A stretch of DNA of 64,000 bases. Source: a virus. Location: IMG/VR virus record IMGVR_UViG_3300044771_000072; one strand, written 5' to 3'. The position numbers and the translations under genes were made by a program. The notes beneath the pieces are model-generated. The model ran no database searches. It saw only the letters and a list, made by a program, of their open reading frames with translations, and was not told the origin of the DNA. Positions 40,622-51,331 of this stretch are shown in pieces; positions within the stretch are counted from its first letter, which is position 1; each line of letters begins with the position of its first letter.

Positions 40622-42401
40622 GTTCGACCTGACAGCGACGTTCGAGCTGTCTGCGTTCACGCGCGCGCAGCCCGTCCAGTCCGCCAAGCCCCGGGGCTTC
40701 GACGCCGCGATCGGATCCAAATCTCCGACGGTGCCGAAGATTCCGGGCAACGTCGCGCGCCTCGCGAGCCTCGACGAATTGCCGGACGCGGTCCGCGCCA
40801 AGACAAAGATCCTGATCGCGCAAGGCAAGGATCCTGACGATCTGCTCAGCGTGGATCGCTCGCGCCTGCTCCTCCGCGTGTGCTGCGAGCTGGTCCGCGC
40901 CGGCGTCGATGACGGCGTCATCTACTCGATCATCACCGATGCCGAGTACGGCATCAGCGCCCACGTCCTGGCGCAGAAGTCAGGCAAGGATCGCTGCGCC
41001 CGTCGCGCGATCGAACACGCCAAAGAGATCGCGATCGATCCGCACCTGCGCGAGCTCAACGAGATCCACGCCGTCGTCGAGAACCACGGCGGCAAGTGCC
41101 GCGTGATCGAAGAGGTCAAAGATCCGGCATTCGGAGGTCGCACCACCTTGACCTTCCAGGCGTTCGACGATTTCCGAAATCGCTACGGCAACCAGCGTGT
41201 CTCCTGCGGCTTCGACGCCAAGGGTCGAGCTCTCGAGGCCCCACTCGGCAAGTGGTGGCTCGATCAGCCGGGGCGCCGTCAGTATCGATCGATCGTGTTC
41301 TCGCCAGGACACGAGATCGAAGGCGTCTACAACCTGTGGCGCGGCTTCGCCGTCGAGCCTTCTCCCGGCACCAAGCACCACTCCTTCCTCGCGCACATCC
41401 GCGAAGATCTGTGCCTCGACGATGCCGTCTCGTACGAATACCTCCTCAACTGGATGGCGCTTGCGATCCAGAAGCCGGACGCACCGGGCCAGGTCGCGAT
41501 CGTGCTGCGTGGTCGAAAGGGCACCGGCAAAACCTTCTTCGCGAAGGCGTTCGGTTCGTTGTTCGGTCGCCACTACTGGCCGGTCTCCGATGCCAAGCAC
41601 ATCGTCGGCAACTTCAACGCGCACCTGCGTGACTGCGTCGTGCTGTTCGGTGACGAAGCGTTCTGGGCCGGCGACAAGAAGCACGAGAGCGTGCTCAAGA
41701 CGCTGATCACCGAAGACACGCTCGTCATCGAGCGCAAGGGCATCGACGCCGAGGCCGCGCCGAACTACGTCCACCTGATCATGGCCTCCAACGCGCAGTG
41801 GGTCGTGCCGGCCTCCTACGATGAGCGCCGGTTTCTGGTGCTCGACGTCAGCGACGCGCACATCCAGGACATCCCATACTTCGCGGCCCTCGACGCCGAT
41901 CTCAAGAGCGGTGGACTCTCGAACCTGCTGCACGATCTGCAGACACGCGATCTCTCGAGCTTCAACGTGCGAACAGTCCCGAAGACCGAAGCGCTGCAGG
42001 AGCAGAAGGTTCACTCGATGGATTCCCACGAGGAGTGGTGGTACCGCAAGCTCTCCGACGGCAACCTCCTGCCGACGCACGTCGGTTGGGAAGAACCCGT
42101 GTTGAAGGACGCGTTGATCGAGGACTACTTGATCTACGCGCAGCGCCTGGGCCACGGCAAGCGCGCCTCGGCGACCACTCTTAGCCAGTTCCTCGAACGG
42201 TGCGCCCCCGGGATGAAGCGGTTCCAGGCGCAGTTCCGGGGCAAGGACGATAGCGGTGAGCCGGTGATCGGTCGTGCGCTGTGGTGGGAATTCCCGACGA
42301 TCGTAACGTGCCGCCAGGCGTTCTCGAAGGAGTGCGGCGGGCCGTTCAAATGGCCGGAGATCGAGGTTCACGGGAAAGCCGCGAACCCGGATCCGTTCTG
42401 A
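40605..42401 (+). CDS. Primase C-terminal region plus SF3/D5-like helicase
   Basis: DRS motif, YNLWRGF, GRKGTGKT, FGDEA, IERKG, MASN, ERRF. Confidence 0.88.
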   Translation: MLSSSKFDLTATFELSAFTRAQPVQSAKPRGFDAAIGSKSPTVPKIPGNVARLASLDELPDAVRAKTKILIAQGKDPDDLLSVDRSRLLLRVCCELVRAGVDDGVIYSIITDAEYGISAHVLAQKSGKDRCARRAIEHAKEIAIDPHLRELNEIHAVVENHGGKCRVIEEVKDPAFGGRTTLTFQAFDDFRNRYGNQRVSCGFDAKGRALEAPLGKWWLDQPGRRQYRSIVFSPGHEIEGVYNLWRGFAVEPSPGTKHHSFLAHIREDLCLDDAVSYEYLLNWMALAIQKPDAPGQVAIVLRGRKGTGKTFFAKAFGSLFGRHYWPVSDAKHIVGNFNAHLRDCVVLFGDEAFWAGDKKHESVLKTLITEDTLVIERKGIDAEAAPNYVHLIMASNAQWVVPASYDERRFLVLDVSDAHIQDIPYFAALDADLKSGGLSNLLHDLQTRDLSSFNVRTVPKTEALQEQKVHSMDSHEEWWYRKLSDGNLLPTHVGWEEPVLKDALIEDYLIYAQRLGHGKRASATTLSQFLERCAPGMKRFQAQFRGKDDSGEPVIGRALWWEFPTIVTCRQAFSKECGGPFKWPEIEVHGKAANPDPF

Positions 42402-42420
42402 GCTGACTGCGCTCAGACGT

Positions 42421-43080
42421 TCAGAGCTTCCATTCTCGGGCTTTCTGGTAATTCACGTGCCAGCGACCTGGGGCTAGGTACAGCCGGTCTTGAAAGGTCT
42501 CCCCTGTATAAAAGACCACGTGGGCAACACGCGAAATCCAGCGCTCTTGATCTGCCATCACTGCAGCCGCGAGGGCGAGACCGTAGGCCAGCGTCTCTGT
42601 GCCTTTATTCAGCACGCGCAGAAGTTCTAAATGAGTGAAGCCGCCAACGCATTTTGATTCCACAGACCCTTCACGAAGTATGTAAGTTACGTGCGCCTTG
42701 GTTTTGATTTCAGCTTGTCGCGCTCGTCGAGCTTCTCTCTCATTTGCGATCTGTAGCGGTTCGACGATCCAGCTTGAAGCTGCTTGATCACGCTCTGCTT
42801 CGAGAAATTGAAGATCTTGTCGCGCGCGCAAGATCCAGCTTGTCACTTCATCCGTACAGCGAAACACCTCGCCCCATACGCGCAAATGCTGAAAGCGCTT
42901 GTGTAGATATCGCTCCAATCGAAAATCTCCGGGCACTGCGACAAGAACCTCGAGTGCGCCGAGGGTCGGGTAGGCACGCTGAATTTCATAGTGCCGCATC
43001 TCGATCGGTCTTTCAGTAGCGCCGATCTTCACAAGGACGCGGTCTCGCGTCGCAAAAAAATAGACCTTGCTTGCCTTCAC
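42421..43080 (-). CDS. GIY-YIG / T5orf172-like protein
   Basis: VYFF...VKIGAT...LERYLHKRF....GEVF; lower GC. Confidence 0.75.
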   Translation of the reverse strand: MKASKVYFFATRDRVLVKIGATERPIEMRHYEIQRAYPTLGALEVLVAVPGDFRLERYLHKRFQHLRVWGEVFRCTDEVTSWILRARQDLQFLEAERDQAASSWIVEPLQIANEREARRARQAEIKTKAHVTYILREGSVESKCVGGFTHLELLRVLNKGTETLAYGLALAAAVMADQERWISRVAHVVFYTGETFQDRLYLAPGRWHVNYQKAREWKL

Positions 43081-43521
43081 AGCAGCTCCCTCACGTTCCC
43101 GGGCTGCGACCAGCCGGGGCACTACCGCATCGCTGCTGTTCTAGCTCCGCGCTGGCCACGCCTATCACGTAGGCGCCTCGGGCGCTCCACTTCTCCTTCG
43201 GGGACATCGCCACCCAGGCGAGTCCTAGCGCATAGGCGAGGACGGCCAGGCCAGGCTCGAGCTGATCGCAGATCTGTTCGTGTCGGTACAGCACGCCATT
43301 CGCCTTCGCCTTCATTGACGCGCCAGCGAGCAGCTGCGCGATCGGCGAGTGGCCTCGTCGATCAGGCCGCGCGACACCTCCTTCGATCACCAGGCGACCA
43401 GGCGCCACTTCGACGATCGGCTGCGCGTCCTCGCGTGCGATCGGTTCGACGTCCGCCGGTACAGGCACCATCGGACCGACGATCTGCACCGTGCTCCACA
43501 CGATCTTCGGCTTGCGTTTGC

Positions 43522-43968
43522 TCATGGCGTGCGCTCTGAGCTCGCTGCTGCAGGCTCCGCGGCGAGGCGGCTGCGAATCGTCACCGCCACCCATTCGCTC
43601 ACGGTCAATTTTTCGGCAGCCGCCCTCTGCATGATCTCGAGCAGCTCGCCGCGACGCATCGACGTGCTGACACTGATCGGTCGATCCTCCTGGGCAACCT
43701 CCTTCCGCGGGCGCCCCACCGCGCGCACCACCGGAATCGATCCGGGCCAGCAGCTGTGCGTTCCAAAGGGTGGTGCCACGGCCGTTGCGCCGGCAGTGCC
43801 GTCGGTATGGGGCGTCCGGCGCTCCCAGCCATGGGGCTCGTTTGGCCACCGAAATAGCACCGTCGTGTCTTGAAGCACCGGGTCGGTCCCAATGAGCCAT
43901 GATTTTCCGTCCGCGTCTTTTTCGACTAGGAGCTGGGCGCTCGGGCTGTATTCACGTTGTTTTGTCAT
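43522..43968 (-). CDS. Protein with C-terminal GRPR + RHH-like DNA-binding module
   Basis: VGRPRK...AAAEKLTVSEWV. Confidence 0.5.
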   Translation of the reverse strand: MTKQREYSPSAQLLVEKDADGKSWLIGTDPVLQDTTVLFRWPNEPHGWERRTPHTDGTAGATAVAPPFGTHSCWPGSIPVVRAVGRPRKEVAQEDRPISVSTSMRRGELLEIMQRAAAEKLTVSEWVAVTIRSRLAAEPAAASSERTP

Positions 43969-43969
43969 C

Positions 43970-44320
43970 GGACGACATCTTACCAGGCGTCAGCACCGGC
44001 CTGCCAAAGTAAAGGTCTGGCATCCGCAGTGAGCGCTCTTCATCCTAAAATCAGATAGTTACCACCTTAAACTAGTGATCCGGTACCTGCGCACCGATCG
44101 CGATCGCTGGCGGCGCGACCCGGCGGGTTTGTTTGCCGGGTCGCACTAACAAACCGCCCACTGGCGCTGCCCGGTGGCTGTGACTGCACGGTCCACCTTT
44201 AATACCTTTATACCCTCCTTTAGAATCAAGGGGATAGCTGTAGTAGTGTTAAAGGTGCCGCCAGCCCACTGGGCAAGGGGCTGCCGCCATACACGCACAC
44301 ACACACGCGCGCGCGTTCAG
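43970..44320. other. Relatively AT-rich non-coding region with CCTTTA repeats and inverted repeats (origin-like)
   Basis: CCTTTA at 44196, 44205, 44217; CACCTTTAA/TTAAAGGTG; palindrome CGATCGCGATCG 44095-44106; hairpin 44115-44144. Confidence 0.45.
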
Positions 44321-44555
44321 GGCAGTGACGGCGCCCGGACCGGATCAGCGCGAAGAGGCCCGCGCAGCCGCCGAGGCTTCCGCGCAGTCGCTCGAGCGGC
44401 CGTAAACGAACGAGTTCCCCATCGCCCAGGTCGCGTGCGCGAAGCACACGCGCCGGCATCCGCGTTGATCGTGCACGGTGAAGATCGTGGGGCCGCTGCA
44501 GGGCGCGCGCGTGTGATCCGCGTACGCGCAGACCGGCGAGAGCGGATGGGTCTCC

Positions 44556-44595
44556 GCAGGCGCAGGCGCAGGCGCAGGCGCAGGCGCAGGCGCAG
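44556..44595. repeat. (GCAGGC)n tandem repeat encoding an Ala-Pro linker on the minus strand
   Basis: Direct reading. Confidence 0.9.
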
Positions 44596-46422
44596 CTGCG
44601 AGCTCGAGCACGCCGCGCGCCAGCTCGATCGCGTTCGCGCGCCACCACGCCGCGGAGCCGAAGACATTCGGACCGCTCTGCTCCGGCAAGGTGAGCTTGC
44701 GCGCGAGGGCGATGATCTTTTCGAAAGGGCTCATCGGATCCGCGCGACGGGCAGCGATGCGTGTTTGCGCGGCTGCCGGATTCGCCAACGCAACGCCGGC
44801 AGGGCTGGCCAGACCAGAGCTAGCAGGATCATCGTGAATCCGATCATCTCTTTGCTCGCTTCGCCACGGCCGGGTCGCGATCCTTCTGCGGGACCTCGTC
44901 GTGATCCCAGATCGCGATCAGCGCCCTGTCCGCGAGCTCGACCAGGGCGGCGACGAACGCGATCTTGCTCTGGTTCCCGCGCGCCGCCTCGGCATGGTCG
45001 ATCGCGCAGCCGAGAGCGCTGTGATAGGCGCCGAGCTGCTCGCGCGTGAGCTTGATCGTGATTTCGTCGTTCATGCTCTCGGTCTTGGTCCCGCCGCGCG
45101 GGCTGAGCCAACGGCGCGTCACGCGAGGGCCTCTTCACCAATCGTCTGACACGCGGCGCACTCGCGAAACGTCTCCTCGTGCGCGCTGCCGTAGCCGCAC
45201 CCGATCACACTCTTGAGCACCGGCTTCAAAATGATCGATCCTTCGGCATGGACGTCTTTCCGCGTTGCACGACACAGCGCGATCGGCGGCGTAGTGGCGG
45301 TCCGCTTGAACTTCCAGTGAACGCGATCTGCTGTACCGATCCGAGGTTTACTCATCGATCTTGACCCACGCGCCTGATAGGCGACATTGCTTCCTGACCT
45401 CAATGGAGATGGTGCGCATCTGGCCGCCCGGAAATTCAGCGAGCACGCCGATCGTGTCAGGTGCCCCCATGCGCGGCGGCACCGGGTGAATAGGTACGGT
45501 TCCAGTGAACTTCGCCGATGGAAAACCAACGTCGGAGCCACATTTCGGGCAGCGGATGAGGATCTGGTGGGTACCCCCAACCGGGATACGACCTGCACTC
45601 ATCGCGACCGCCACGCGGCCATGGTGACGGTGACGCCGTTGACCTGCCGCATGTCGGCATCGACGCCCGCAGCCAGGTGCCCAAGGCAGACGTAGCGGAT
45701 CGTCTTGGTACCACCCATGGAAGGCGACTCGATCACGTAGAGCGCTGGCGCAGGACACGAGACGTTCCCTGGGAGATGAATCGCGCAGGTCTTCATAGGG
45801 GCAGACATTGGCGCGCGTGGCTCTTCTTCGACGTGATCTCGAATTCGCCCGCCAGCAGTCGCTGCGTGGCTGACACGAACGGAACGAACACGATGCCGGT
45901 GGTGTTGCCATGCACCGCGTAGAGCCACCCTCCAGGGATCGCGAGACGCTCGGTTCGGAACGAGCCCGAACCTTCGACGTGCTCCCAACGCGTTTTCTTC
46001 TGCCGCTTCGCCTTCGCCATCACTGACCTACCTTTGCGAGCAACCGCTTGAGCCGCCGTGCGAAGTGCACGACACCCGGCGAGAGATCACGACATGGCTT
46101 CCCGATCGGCGAGCTGCACTTCGTCGCGGGGCAGGGGATCGTGAGATCGGCGCGGTACATCGAAAAATCCGGCGCCGTGGAGTGACTCATCTCGAGTCGC
46201 TCGCTACTCGGCGTGCTACGTCTGCGGGGAGGCATCACGCCGCCTTCACCAGAGCGCTGAGCTTCTTGATCACGTCTGCAAGTTCCGCGTCTGACATGAG
46301 GATCCGAAGGCCGCACCCCTTGGTGTTGAGGTTCTCGAGATACGCACGGCCGTCGTCCTCATCGCGTCCCGCGTGAAGCGTGCCTCCAAGCAGGGTGCAG
46401 TAGCATTCGCGCTTCTTCCGCA

Positions 46423-46923
46423 TCACGCCGCCTTCAACCGCTCGCCGATCCGCTCGATCATCTCGGTGACGTTCGCGAAGGGCCCCAGCATCTTCTCGAG
46501 GGCTTCCTTCGCGCCGGAGGTGATCGTGAAGTTCGCGCCGCCCATGTCGAGATAGCTCTCGTGGAGCTCGTGCACCTTCGCCGGCGGCTCGCGCAGGGCC
46601 ATCACCACTTCGGGCAGCGGCCTGCCGGTAGAGAACAGCTCGAACGCGCGCGCGGCGGTCTCGCCCGGATCTCGCGTGGTCGAGATCCGGTTGCGCTGCG
46701 TGATCGTTGCCAGCTCCTTCGGATCGTACAGCCAGACGAGCCGGCCGCTGTCGGCGCAGATCACGCGCCGAGGATGGAGCCATCCGCGGCGCTCGAAGTT
46801 GAGGATCGTGTTGACTGAAACGCCCAGCAGATCGGCGGAAGCCTCTCGCCGCATCCACGTATCGGTTTCTGGGGGCGCGGCCTTTCTAGCGCCGGATTTG
46901 GGTCGAGTGGAGGGGGCAAGCAT
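46423..46923 (-). CDS. MerR/excisionase-like HTH regulator at the early/late divergence
   Basis: EASADLLGVSVNTILNFERRGWL.P....WLYD. Confidence 0.7.
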   Translation of the reverse strand: MLAPSTRPKSGARKAAPPETDTWMRREASADLLGVSVNTILNFERRGWLHPRRVICADSGRLVWLYDPKELATITQRNRISTTRDPGETAARAFELFSTGRPLPEVVMALREPPAKVHELHESYLDMGGANFTITSGAKEALEKMLGPFANVTEMIERIGERLKAA

Positions 46924-48166
46924 CGATTTCTTCTTGGCGCGTCGGGGCGTTTCCACGGCAGATCTCAAGAGTAACACAGTGTTGGGGCGGGAGTGCAATT
47001 TAGTAGAGCGCTGCTGGATCTTGTACAGCTACCAACGGTGGCGGATTCACTCCTCGACGGCATCGACCGTTTCTTCGACCGACTCGACAACGGGATCGAT
47101 GGGGTCCATCGCGTCGTGAATCGGCACAAGATCGCCGAGGGGAAGATCAAGGCGGTTCCGACGACCGAACCGTCGCCAGCCGCTGCCGCGCAGGGGCGGA
47201 AGCACCTCGCGCTCGTCTCGAGCTTCCACATCATGGAAGTCGCTGACGCGGTGACCGGCGAGGCGTCCTTTATCGTCACCGACGGCCGTGATGCGAAGTG
47301 CGAATGCACGTCGCGTGAAATGGCCGAGCGAATCCTTCGAGCCCTGGAGACGAGTCCATGAGCACTCCCCGTCGCGCCCCCATCGATACCACGAAGGTCA
47401 CGACGCGCGTCGCGCGCGGCGGCGCCGATCACGCGGCGCGTCCGAGCGTCGTGCACAAGGTGCAGACGACCGCGACCCCCGTGAAGAAGACCACGCCCAC
47501 CACGCAGACGCGGATGACGGCACCCCCGCTGCGTAGAGGTCCACGATGAGCGAAGGCGCGAGCCCGATCGTTGTGCTGGGGCCGGTCGTTCCTACGACGG
47601 AGATGCCGGCGCATGTGACGCTGCCGGCGCAACCGATCGCCGGCGGCAGTCCGCGATCCGCGGCAGCTCCGGCCCCGGTGACGGTGATGCAGGCGTACGC
47701 GACGTTCCCGCGCGTGACGTATCGCGTACAACCCACGGTCTCGATCGGAGGCGCGTGATGAACGCGATCGATCTTGGTCATCTACGTCACGTGGCGCTCA
47801 CCGCCTTCGAGGTCAAGACGCTCACGCTGCTCGCGAGCTCCGGCGGTGAGGTCAAGTGGTATCCCCACATCGTCAAGCCACTGACCGCGCAGTGCATGGA
47901 TCAGCTGATCGAGAAGAGGCTGGTGATGATCGTCGATCGCAGCGGCGTCGATGCCGTGCGCCTGACGGAGGAAGGCCGCAAGGTCGTGGCTCAGCTCGAC
48001 GCGATGGCGGTGAAGCCGAAGATCGAGGTCGCGAGCGGCTAGCCACAAGCTTCGCAGCGTTCGGCCCGTACCGCGTAGCCCGCGGTCGGGCCTTCGGTGA
48101 TCAAACACAGACTGGCCCCCTCGGGCACAACTCTTTTTGAACTCTCGCACGCAAAGAAGGACAGGT

Positions 48167-48640
48167 ATGGCGAACATCACGGAAGAGCACCTCCACCACA
48201 TGGCCAAGCGTCATCACACGACGCTGAAGAAGTTCGACGCGCTGAAGGACAAGTTCAGCGGCATGACCGAGCGCGCGGTGCGCACGGTCGAGGTTGGCGC
48301 CGGCGCGTGGGCTGGCGGCATCGTCGAGGGCCGCACCGGCGGCGGCACGGTGATGCACGTCCCGATCAACCTCGGTGTCGGTGTCGCGCTCGCGGCGGCC
48401 GGCTACCTCGATCTGGCGGGCGACGAGTACAGCCCGCACCTCAACGCGTTCGGCGATGGCTTCATCGCCTCGTACGTCGCGGCGACCGGCTACGCGTTCG
48501 GCAAGCGCTGGCGCGACACCGGCAAGGTGTTCGGCGCCAAGGCCGACGCGGCGCTGCCGAGCGCGGCGGCGGCCGGCGATCTGTCCGAGGGACAGATGGC
48601 CGAGATCGTCGCGCGGATGCAGGCGGCTGCTGCCGGCTGA
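48167..48640 (+). CDS. Gly/Ala-rich membrane protein upstream of putative capsid genes
   Basis: AAGGA RBS; hydrophobic helices. Confidence 0.75.
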   Translation: MANITEEHLHHMAKRHHTTLKKFDALKDKFSGMTERAVRTVEVGAGAWAGGIVEGRTGGGTVMHVPINLGVGVALAAAGYLDLAGDEYSPHLNAFGDGFIASYVAATGYAFGKRWRDTGKVFGAKADAALPSAAAAGDLSEGQMAEIVARMQAAAAG

Positions 48641-48851
48641 GCTCGAGCGCACAGTGACCCCGTGAAAGTGGGGCGTACGACCGCATCACGCGGTTTGACG
48701 GTAAGGGCATCGAGGTCTTCCCTCCGTGTCTTTACCGCCCGACCGCGGGCCGACCTCGAGCGCGAGGATTCGATCACGACAACCACGTTTCTTCTCAACG
48801 CGGCGCAGGTGCGCGCCCGAAGCGGCCTATCACGGCCAAAAAGGGTTTCCC

Positions 48852-49454
48852 ATGTCTCGTCCCACGTATCTTTCCGGTCGCCAGCAGCAGGCGCTTCTCG
48901 GCGCCTGGTACTCCATCGTCGGCGCCGATCCGGCCGCAGGGCCGCTCTGTGCCCCCGACGACGATCAGCAGTCGGGCGTCCCGACCAACCACTACCACGG
49001 CGGCTACGGCGGCTACCGCGGCCGCGGCCGTCGCGACGGCTACGAGATCCCGCCGCGCAACGCGATGATCGAGGATCGCGGCCCGACGCGTGCGGACCGC
49101 GAGGTTCTGCCGATGTCGACGGGCGTGGCGATCCTGCCGACGCAGTCGGCGCAGATCACGGCGCGCCCGCAGCGCGTCGCGTTCCGCCCGGAGCGGGTGT
49201 TCATCTCGAGCGCGGGGACGACCGGCGGCGCGGCCGACTGGATCGTCAACGACATCAAGATCGGCAACCGGAGCCAGTTCTCGCAGAGCGGTGACGTGCC
49301 CGGCGACATGTTCGCGACCAACGCCATCGACGGCTTCGTCTCGTTCGAGACGGCGCAGACGGCGATGGACGTGGTCATGGTCGTGACGTACATCGGCACG
49401 AACGAGTCCGGCACGCCGTTCTACGCGTCGATCGTCGGAACGGCGGCGATCTGA
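48852..49454 (+). CDS. Putative major capsid protein 1 (short N-arm + ~140-aa beta-rich, candidate single jelly-roll domain)
   Basis: About eight alternating-hydrophobic beta segments; strongly biased codons; late-block position. The fold is inferred. Confidence 0.55.
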   Translation: MSRPTYLSGRQQQALLGAWYSIVGADPAAGPLCAPDDDQQSGVPTNHYHGGYGGYRGRGRRDGYEIPPRNAMIEDRGPTRADREVLPMSTGVAILPTQSAQITARPQRVAFRPERVFISSAGTTGGAADWIVNDIKIGNRSQFSQSGDVPGDMFATNAIDGFVSFETAQTAMDVVMVVTYIGTNESGTPFYASIVGTAAI

Positions 49455-50428
49455 GCCATGGCGGGTAACGCCTACATGGGCGCGGATGAAGTCCAGGCGC
49501 TGGTCGGCGCCTGGAAGCAGATCATCGGCGCCGACGTGCAGCTCGGACCGACTCCGGGGCGGGGGACCTATCGTCCGCCGAACCGGCCGTACCAACCGCC
49601 GTACCAACCGCCGTACCAGCCGCATCATGGCGGCGGCTACGGCGGCGGCTACGGCGGCGGCTTTGGCGGTGGCTACCCGTTCACGGGAGTGCCGCAGCCG
49701 GCGTACTGGCGCGACGCGCGCGGTACGCAGTTCCGTCGCGACGCGCGCGGCACGTTCTGGCGCGATCGGCGCGGCGTGTGGCGACCGGTGCAGGCTCCGG
49801 CGGCGGTGCCGTACCGTCCGCACGGGGTGGCTCCTGCTCCGTACATCCGTCCGACGGGTGGGGTCGTTCGCGACCATCGCACGAAGGTCGGCATGCCGTG
49901 GTGGGGAGTGCCCGCCGGCGCGGCGGCGCTGCTCGCCTACGGCGCGTCGAACCCGGCGCCTCGCGCCTCGCTCGGCGGCGAGCCGTGGCAGACGATCATC
50001 GGCTGCGAAGGGGAGGAAGCCGGCGACGGCTACGAGATCCCGCCGCGCAACGCGATGATCGAGGATCGCGGCCCGACGCGTGCGGACCGCGAGGTTCTGC
50101 CGATGTCGACGGGCGTGGCGATCCTGCCGACGCAGTCGGCGCAGATCACGGCGCGCCCGCAGCGCGTCGCGTTCCGCCCGGAGCGGGTGTTCATCTCGAG
50201 CGCGGGGACGACCGGCGGCGCGGCCGACTGGATCGTCAACGACATCAAGATCGGCAACCGGAGCCAGTTCTCGCAGAGCGGTGACGTGCCCGGCGACATG
50301 TTCGCGACCAACGCCATCGACGGCTTCGTCTCGTTCGAGACGGCGCAGACGGCGATGGACGTGGTCATGGTCGTGACGTACATCGGCACGAACGAGTCCG
50401 GCACGCCGTTCTACGCGTCGATCGTCGG
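49033..50428 (+). repeat. 406-bp identical direct repeat (49033-49438 and 50023-50428)
   Basis: Base-by-base reading; alternative-frame ORFs of the two copies are also identical. Confidence 0.95.
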
Positions 50429-50444
50429 CACCGCCGCGATCTGA
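49458..50444 (+). CDS. Putative capsid protein 2 (long Pro/Tyr/Gly/Arg-rich N-arm + identical C-terminal domain)
   Basis: PYQP x3, GGGY repeats, RDARG repeats; C-terminal domain same as 48852-49454. Confidence 0.55.
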   Translation: MAGNAYMGADEVQALVGAWKQIIGADVQLGPTPGRGTYRPPNRPYQPPYQPPYQPHHGGGYGGGYGGGFGGGYPFTGVPQPAYWRDARGTQFRRDARGTFWRDRRGVWRPVQAPAAVPYRPHGVAPAPYIRPTGGVVRDHRTKVGMPWWGVPAGAAALLAYGASNPAPRASLGGEPWQTIIGCEGEEAGDGYEIPPRNAMIEDRGPTRADREVLPMSTGVAILPTQSAQITARPQRVAFRPERVFISSAGTTGGAADWIVNDIKIGNRSQFSQSGDVPGDMFATNAIDGFVSFETAQTAMDVVMVVTYIGTNESGTPFYASIVGTAAI

Positions 50445-50539
50445 TCGACGTCCGTTGGAGACCACCGCCTCGCACTTGCTCGGGTGCACCAGGGGCGGTG
50501 GGCTGTTACGGGCACCGATCGCCAACTGGAGCTGTACCC

Positions 50540-51067
50540 ATGTCGACCGATGACGATACGACCCCCAAGCTTGCAGCCACGCCAGCGCGGCGGGTTCAAT
50601 CCCAGACCGAGCGAGACGCTTCGGGCCTCGCGGCGCGACGCGAGCGTGAAGGGCGCGTGATGGCGTTAGCGGACGAAGAAGTCACGGGCAACCATCAAGG
50701 AGACGAGCTGCGTGCCCTCCGATCGCGGAGACCGACGCCGCAACGGATCGCGCACATCGAGGAGCGCGTGGATGGCGTCATCACGACGATCAGTGAATGG
50801 CGGGGTGAGGTGTCCAAACAGATGGGCGAGCTCACCGGCGAGGTCAAGGGCCTGGCGGGCGAGGTCAAGGGCCTGGCCACGGTGGTTCAGAACTCGGGGC
50901 AGCGCGACCATGTGACCTTCAAGGCCACCGTGGACGTGGATACGGCGCAGAAGATCGATCAAGTGGACGCAGGGAAGACGAAGCGCGCGTGGATCACGCA
51001 AGTGCTGACGCTCGTCGGATCTGCGCTCGCGCTCGCCACGGCCGCGTTCGCTGCCGGCAGGTGTTAA
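50540..51067 (+). CDS. Coiled-coil protein with C-terminal TM helix
   Basis: GEVKGLA x2; hydrophobic C-terminus. Confidence 0.7.
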   Translation: MSTDDDTTPKLAATPARRVQSQTERDASGLAARREREGRVMALADEEVTGNHQGDELRALRSRRPTPQRIAHIEERVDGVITTISEWRGEVSKQMGELTGEVKGLAGEVKGLATVVQNSGQRDHVTFKATVDVDTAQKIDQVDAGKTKRAWITQVLTLVGSALALATAAFAAGRC

Positions 51068-51331
51068 ATGGCAGACGATCCACAGTTCGTCGGAGCCGGC
51101 GACCTGGACGATTGGAAGATCCTCCCGCGGCGCTTCGAAGCGTTCATGGTCGAGGTTCGTACGTCGTTCGATGTCCTCGGCAACAAGATCTTGCCGTCGC
51201 TCGAACGTATCGAGCACGCGATCGGTGATCTTGCGGATCGGGTGACCCGGCTGGAAGCAGCGCGGCACCGCGCCGAGGATCGGCTTGCGGTGCTCGAACA
51301 GCGTTCGAAGCCAAAACGAAAGGCCAGCTAA
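51068..51331 (+). CDS. Small coiled-coil protein
   Basis: Heptad pattern; abuts both neighbours. Confidence 0.7.
   Translation: MADDPQFVGAGDLDDWKILPRRFEAFMVEVRTSFDVLGNKILPSLERIEHAIGDLADRVTRLEAARHRAEDRLAVLEQRSKPKRKAS

Noticed and set aside
44556..44595. Phase-variation repeat
   Set aside because: The unit is 6 bp, so length changes keep frame; it is simply an Ala-Pro linker
46985..47050. tRNA-like sequence (…TTAGTAGAGCGC…)
   Set aside because: No T-arm (GTTCRA) and no acceptor-stem pairing found
49033..50428. Diversity-generating retroelement TR/VR pair
   Set aside because: The copies are identical with no adenine-specific mismatches, both are coding, and no reverse transcriptase is present in the window
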